DNA of 48,024 nt. It comes from Bacteroidales bacterium. GTDB taxonomy: Bacteria > Bacteroidota > Bacteroidia > Bacteroidales > UBA12077. Below, piece after piece: positions 44,437 through 48,024 of this stretch. The stretch's first letter is position 1. The number at the start of each line of letters is the position of its first letter. The notes under the pieces are model-generated. The model saw only the letters and a list, made by a program, of their open reading frames with translations, had not been told where the DNA came from and made no database searches. The position numbers and the translations under genes were made by a program. The stretch covers positions 1 through 48,024 of the forward strand of contig JBKGZD010000002.1 of NCBI GenBank assembly GCA_046545795.1. Direction: 5' to 3'.

Positions 44437-47400
44437 ATGTCAACTTTACTAAGAAGATCCGTAATAACATTATTTTTCATCTTTTTTGTAATTCCTGCTT
44501 TCAGTCAATATTTTGGACAAAATAAGGTAAATTACGAACAATTTGATTTTACTATTCATAATACGCCACATTTTCAAATTTATAATTATCTGGATAATAA
44601 TGAAGAAGTTCAGGGTCTCGGAAAACAGGCAGAGTACTGGTACGACAGGCATTTTGCCATATTTAGAGATACGGTTCTGAAAAATCCTCTGATTGTTTAT
44701 AACGATCACCCTGATTTTATGCAAACTACAGTTGTTTCCGGTTTAATTGGTGTAGGAACAGGAGGTGTTACTGAGGGGTTAAGGAAAAGGGTGGTAATGC
44801 CTTTTACAGTATCCAATAAAGCCACGGATCATGTCTTAGGGCACGAAATGATCCATGTGTTCCAGTATAATGTTATTCATCAGGATGACAGCCTGGGATT
44901 TGAATCTTTGGATAACCTTCCGCTATGGATGATAGAAGGTTTGGCCGAATATATGTCAATTGGACCATCAGATAATCAAACTGCTATGTGGATGCGTGAT
45001 GCATTGCTGCATGATAATGTACCCTCTATAGATGATATGACTAAATATCCCAATAGATATTTTCCATATCGATATGGGCATGCTTATTGGTCTTTTATCA
45101 CTGGCATATGGGGTGATGCGATGATAAAACCTATTTTTAAAAGTACTGCTCAAAAAGGAATGAAAAATGCGATTAACGAGTTATTTGGATTGGAGTCTGA
45201 TAGCCTGTCTACATTATGGGAAAAGTCATTCAAGAAAACTTTTGAGCCTTACGTTTTTGATACCCTTCGTCCTGTTGGGAAAGAACTATTTTCTAAAAAA
45301 AATTCCGGTAATATGAATTTGTCTCCTGTTCTCAATCCATCTGGTGAGCAGGTAACTTTTCTTACTAATAAGAATGTCATTAGTATTGACTTAATGGTTG
45401 CAAACACCGAAACAAAAGAAATTGTTAATAAACTGACAAGTACAATTCGTAAGACTCATATTGATGAGTTTAACTATATAGAATCAGCAGGTTCCTGGTC
45501 TCCTGATGGGAAAAAGTATGCTCTGACAACTTTTTCTAAAGGGCGGAATAGGTTAGTTATAAGTAGTGTATCAAAGAATCGTGCGAAACTGGAGCGTGAA
45601 ATTAAACTACCGGAAATACAGGCGTTTAATAACCCAGAATGGTCGCCTGATGGAGAAACAATACTTTTAACAGGACTTGTCGATGGTAAGAGTGATCTTT
45701 ATTTATATCACCTAAAAAGTGGGGAAATAGAACAGCTGACTGATGATCGTTATTCGGATTTGCAGCCCTCCTGGAGCAGTGATGGGGAAAAGATAGTGTT
45801 TATATCTGAAAGAGGGGAGGATACAAAATTAGATAAACACATATATGGGAACTACCGGGTTTGTATCCTGGATAGAGAAACCAAGGAGGTAGAAGTTCTT
45901 GATATATTCCCGGATAAAGATAACTTCAGTCCGACTTTTTCTCCAAACGATAGTTCTATTTACTTTTTATCCCATGCAGATGGATATAGGAATTTATATG
46001 AATATGAGATAAATGAAGATAAAGTATACCGGCTGACGAAATTTGTAACAGGTATTGCTGGTATAACAGATTTATCCCCTGCATATAGTGTTGCAGAGGA
46101 GACAGGTGAAATTGCCTATACATTGTATGGGGATGATAGTTATCAAATTTATCTTGCCAGCCCTGATGAGTTTGATAAAGAGGAAGTGGATAAACATATG
46201 GCCAATTCTGAACCAGAGAAACTACCGCCTGGTAAAAATCGTTCCCTGAATCTTGTTGAAAACAATCTTGAAAATTACCCGGAAAAATCTGATACTGTTT
46301 TTTCAAATGAGTCATATAAACCTAAATTTCAATTAGAATATTTGGGAAGTAGTGGCATGGGAGTGGGTACAGGTCAATTTGGTACATACGCTTCCGGAGG
46401 AGTAAGCGCCCTATTTAGTGATGTTTTGAAACAACACCAGCTTTTTGTTAATCTTCAGGTACAAGGAGAAATATATGATTTTGGCGGCTATGGAGCATAT
46501 TACAACAGGGAAAAAAGGTTAAACTGGGGAGGTTCTTTTAGTCATATACCTTATCGCTTTTTCCGGTATGGTATTGATACTGTGCATACAGATATTACTG
46601 GTGATGGTGAGAAAGAGGTTCTTACGAACGTGATTGAAATGAGACAGCGCTTTTTTCAAGATCAGATCTCGGTGTTTGGACAATATCCTTTATCACAGCA
46701 ACTAAGATTTGAAGGATCAGCGTCTATTTCAAGGTATAGTTTCAGGATAGATAGTATTAACAATTATTATTATGGTTCCTTTTTAGGACAAGAGAGGGAA
46801 AAAGTTGACGGACCGGATCCCTACTATGTTGGCCGGGGGCAACTTGCATTTGTTGGAGATAATTCTAATTTTGGAATTACAGGGCCCTTGTCGGGATACA
46901 GGTATCGTTTCCAGGTGGAGAAAATGTTTGCAGAATATGATGTTTTCAGTACCCTCGCAGATTACAGGAAATATTTTTATTTCAAACCAATTGGTTTGGG
47001 TTTCAGGGGAATGCATTTTGCCAGGTATGGTTCGGATGTAAACAGACTTTATCCGCAATATGTGGGGGATAATTATTTTATCCGTGGATATGCCTATAAT
47101 ACACTAAGCGAAAACCCCTCTAATCAGGATTATATAACTATTAATAACTTATTGGGTTCTAAAATTGGGGTTTTTAATGCTGAAGTTAGAATGCCAATTT
47201 CAGGACCCAAACAACTGACACCTATTAAATCAAGGTATTTTTATTCTACCCTCGTGGGATTTTTCGATGCTGGTTTCGCTGTTGAAAGTTGGGATGACTT
47301 TAAACTTTCATGGGAGCCTTCAGATGAGTATCGTTCTCCTGTATTCAGTACTGGAATTTCGTTGAGGATAAACCTATTTGGCTATGCTATTTTAGAGCCT

Positions 47401-47475
47401 TATGTTGCTATTCCTTTTCAACTAGAAAGGAAAGGGGTTAATTTTGGCCTGTTTATAACAGGTTCTGGTTGGTAG
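44437..47475 (+). CDS. Large outer-membrane-type protein: gluzincin-like HExxH domain plus PD40/TolB-like beta-propeller repeats plus Omp85-like C-terminal beta-barrel
   Basis: 1012-aa ORF with a signal peptide (FFIFFVIPAFSQ). HEMIH (aa 136-140, nt 44842-44856) is followed by WMIEGLAEY, a Peptidase_MA_2-like third-ligand Glu motif. Repeated SPDG/PD40 motifs are SWSPDGKK, EWSPDGET, SWSSDGEK and FSPND. The C-terminal roughly 390 aa has alternating beta-strand character, an IRGY motif (47080-47091) and a terminal aromatic residue (...ITGSGW). Confidence 0.6.
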   Translation: MSTLLRRSVITLFFIFFVIPAFSQYFGQNKVNYEQFDFTIHNTPHFQIYNYLDNNEEVQGLGKQAEYWYDRHFAIFRDTVLKNPLIVYNDHPDFMQTTVVSGLIGVGTGGVTEGLRKRVVMPFTVSNKATDHVLGHEMIHVFQYNVIHQDDSLGFESLDNLPLWMIEGLAEYMSIGPSDNQTAMWMRDALLHDNVPSIDDMTKYPNRYFPYRYGHAYWSFITGIWGDAMIKPIFKSTAQKGMKNAINELFGLESDSLSTLWEKSFKKTFEPYVFDTLRPVGKELFSKKNSGNMNLSPVLNPSGEQVTFLTNKNVISIDLMVANTETKEIVNKLTSTIRKTHIDEFNYIESAGSWSPDGKKYALTTFSKGRNRLVISSVSKNRAKLEREIKLPEIQAFNNPEWSPDGETILLTGLVDGKSDLYLYHLKSGEIEQLTDDRYSDLQPSWSSDGEKIVFISERGEDTKLDKHIYGNYRVCILDRETKEVEVLDIFPDKDNFSPTFSPNDSSIYFLSHADGYRNLYEYEINEDKVYRLTKFVTGIAGITDLSPAYSVAEETGEIAYTLYGDDSYQIYLASPDEFDKEEVDKHMANSEPEKLPPGKNRSLNLVENNLENYPEKSDTVFSNESYKPKFQLEYLGSSGMGVGTGQFGTYASGGVSALFSDVLKQHQLFVNLQVQGEIYDFGGYGAYYNREKRLNWGGSFSHIPYRFFRYGIDTVHTDITGDGEKEVLTNVIEMRQRFFQDQISVFGQYPLSQQLRFEGSASISRYSFRIDSINNYYYGSFLGQEREKVDGPDPYYVGRGQLAFVGDNSNFGITGPLSGYRYRFQVEKMFAEYDVFSTLADYRKYFYFKPIGLGFRGMHFARYGSDVNRLYPQYVGDNYFIRGYAYNTLSENPSNQDYITINNLLGSKIGVFNAEVRMPISGPKQLTPIKSRYFYSTLVGFFDAGFAVESWDDFKLSWEPSDEYRSPVFSTGISLRINLFGYAILEPYVAIPFQLERKGVNFGLFITGSGW

Positions 47476-47491
47476 TTTTTATAAAAGCCTT

Positions 47492-47947
47492 TTATTTAGT
47501 ATCGTTTGAAATATTTATATCCTTTTTGGTTTCCTTTAAGCGGTAATGTTCATCAATTATATCTTGCAGGGTGTGCTTTGATAAATAATCTATTATCTGA
47601 ATATTAAGATCCTCCCATAACCTTTTGGTAGGGCAGGTTGCTTCCATCTTACAAATTGTATTATCACACAGACATTCTACAATACATATTTCTGACTCAA
47701 AAGCTTTGTAAATATCATATATTTTAATTTCAGATGGTTTGCGGGTTATTTTATATCCGCTTTTTTTCCCTTTTACATTTATAATTAGATCCTGGGCTTT
47801 AAGTGCAGAAATGATCTGGTCTAAATATTTAAAAGATATTTGCTGGTTTTTGGCAATTTCTTTTTGAAATACACTTCCATCCTCCCCGTGTAATGCTATT
47901 TCAAGCATTGTCCTTATCCCGTAACGTATTTTAGTATTAAATTTCAA
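47492..47947 (-). CDS. Rrf2-family transcriptional regulator (Cys-rich, putative Fe-S sensing)
   Basis: 151-aa ORF. The N-terminal pattern is YGIRTMLEIAL...FQKEIAKNQQISFKYLDQIISALKAQDLI. A Cys cluster CIVECLCDNTICKMEATC is present. Confidence 0.8.
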   Translation of the reverse strand: MKFNTKIRYGIRTMLEIALHGEDGSVFQKEIAKNQQISFKYLDQIISALKAQDLIINVKGKKSGYKITRKPSEIKIYDIYKAFESEICIVECLCDNTICKMEATCPTKRLWEDLNIQIIDYLSKHTLQDIIDEHYRLKETKKDINISNDTK

Positions 47948-48024
47948 TTCGTTTCTGTTTAGAAGTTTAACATGTCAGAGAAACAAAAAAGTATGTAACA
48001 AATTTAACAATTTCCTATGAAAGC

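Noticed and set aside
1-48024. I searched for CRISPR arrays, IS elements or transposases, integrases, phage genes, restriction-modification, toxin-antitoxin and other defence-type gene pairs.
   Set aside because: None was found. No spaced direct repeats occur, and every ORF over 100 aa outside shadow frames has a housekeeping, envelope or T9SS assignment or is a single small membrane protein. I therefore do not claim a novel defence or mobile system in this window.

Overview
AT-rich chromosomal segment, almost certainly from a member of Bacteroidota. The phylum call rests on PorX, GldH and a contiguous porP/sprF-gldK-gldL-gldM-gldN operon, all restricted to that phylum. Coding density is high and most genes are housekeeping: DapD, TsaE, TrmB, HolB, RNase HII, PanC/PanD, RadA, PBP1A, TopA, Fe-S carriers, ferritin, two Rrf2 regulators and one tRNA-Ala(GGC). 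I see no transposase, integrase, phage gene, CRISPR array, toxin-antitoxin pair or recognisable defence gene, so this is a core rather than an accessory region. The most unusual content is a phosphoglycerate kinase (PGK) locus at 17095-20870. It holds a single 794-aa ORF made of two complete, diverged PGK units fused head-to-tail with no linker, and the second unit carries substitutions at otherwise invariant PGK motifs. A third, strongly divergent 429-aa PGK-fold paralog follows 101 bp downstream. Secondary oddities are: a 1012-aa protein combining a gluzincin-like HExxH domain, PD40 beta-propeller repeats and an Omp85-like C-terminal barrel; an arginase-fold protein that has lost every Mn-ligand motif and sits directly upstream of the T9SS operon; an alkyltransferase-like (ATL) protein with PAHRV in place of PCHRV; and a long GldL. 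All product calls come from motif recognition by eye, without database searches, and need HMM or BLAST confirmation.
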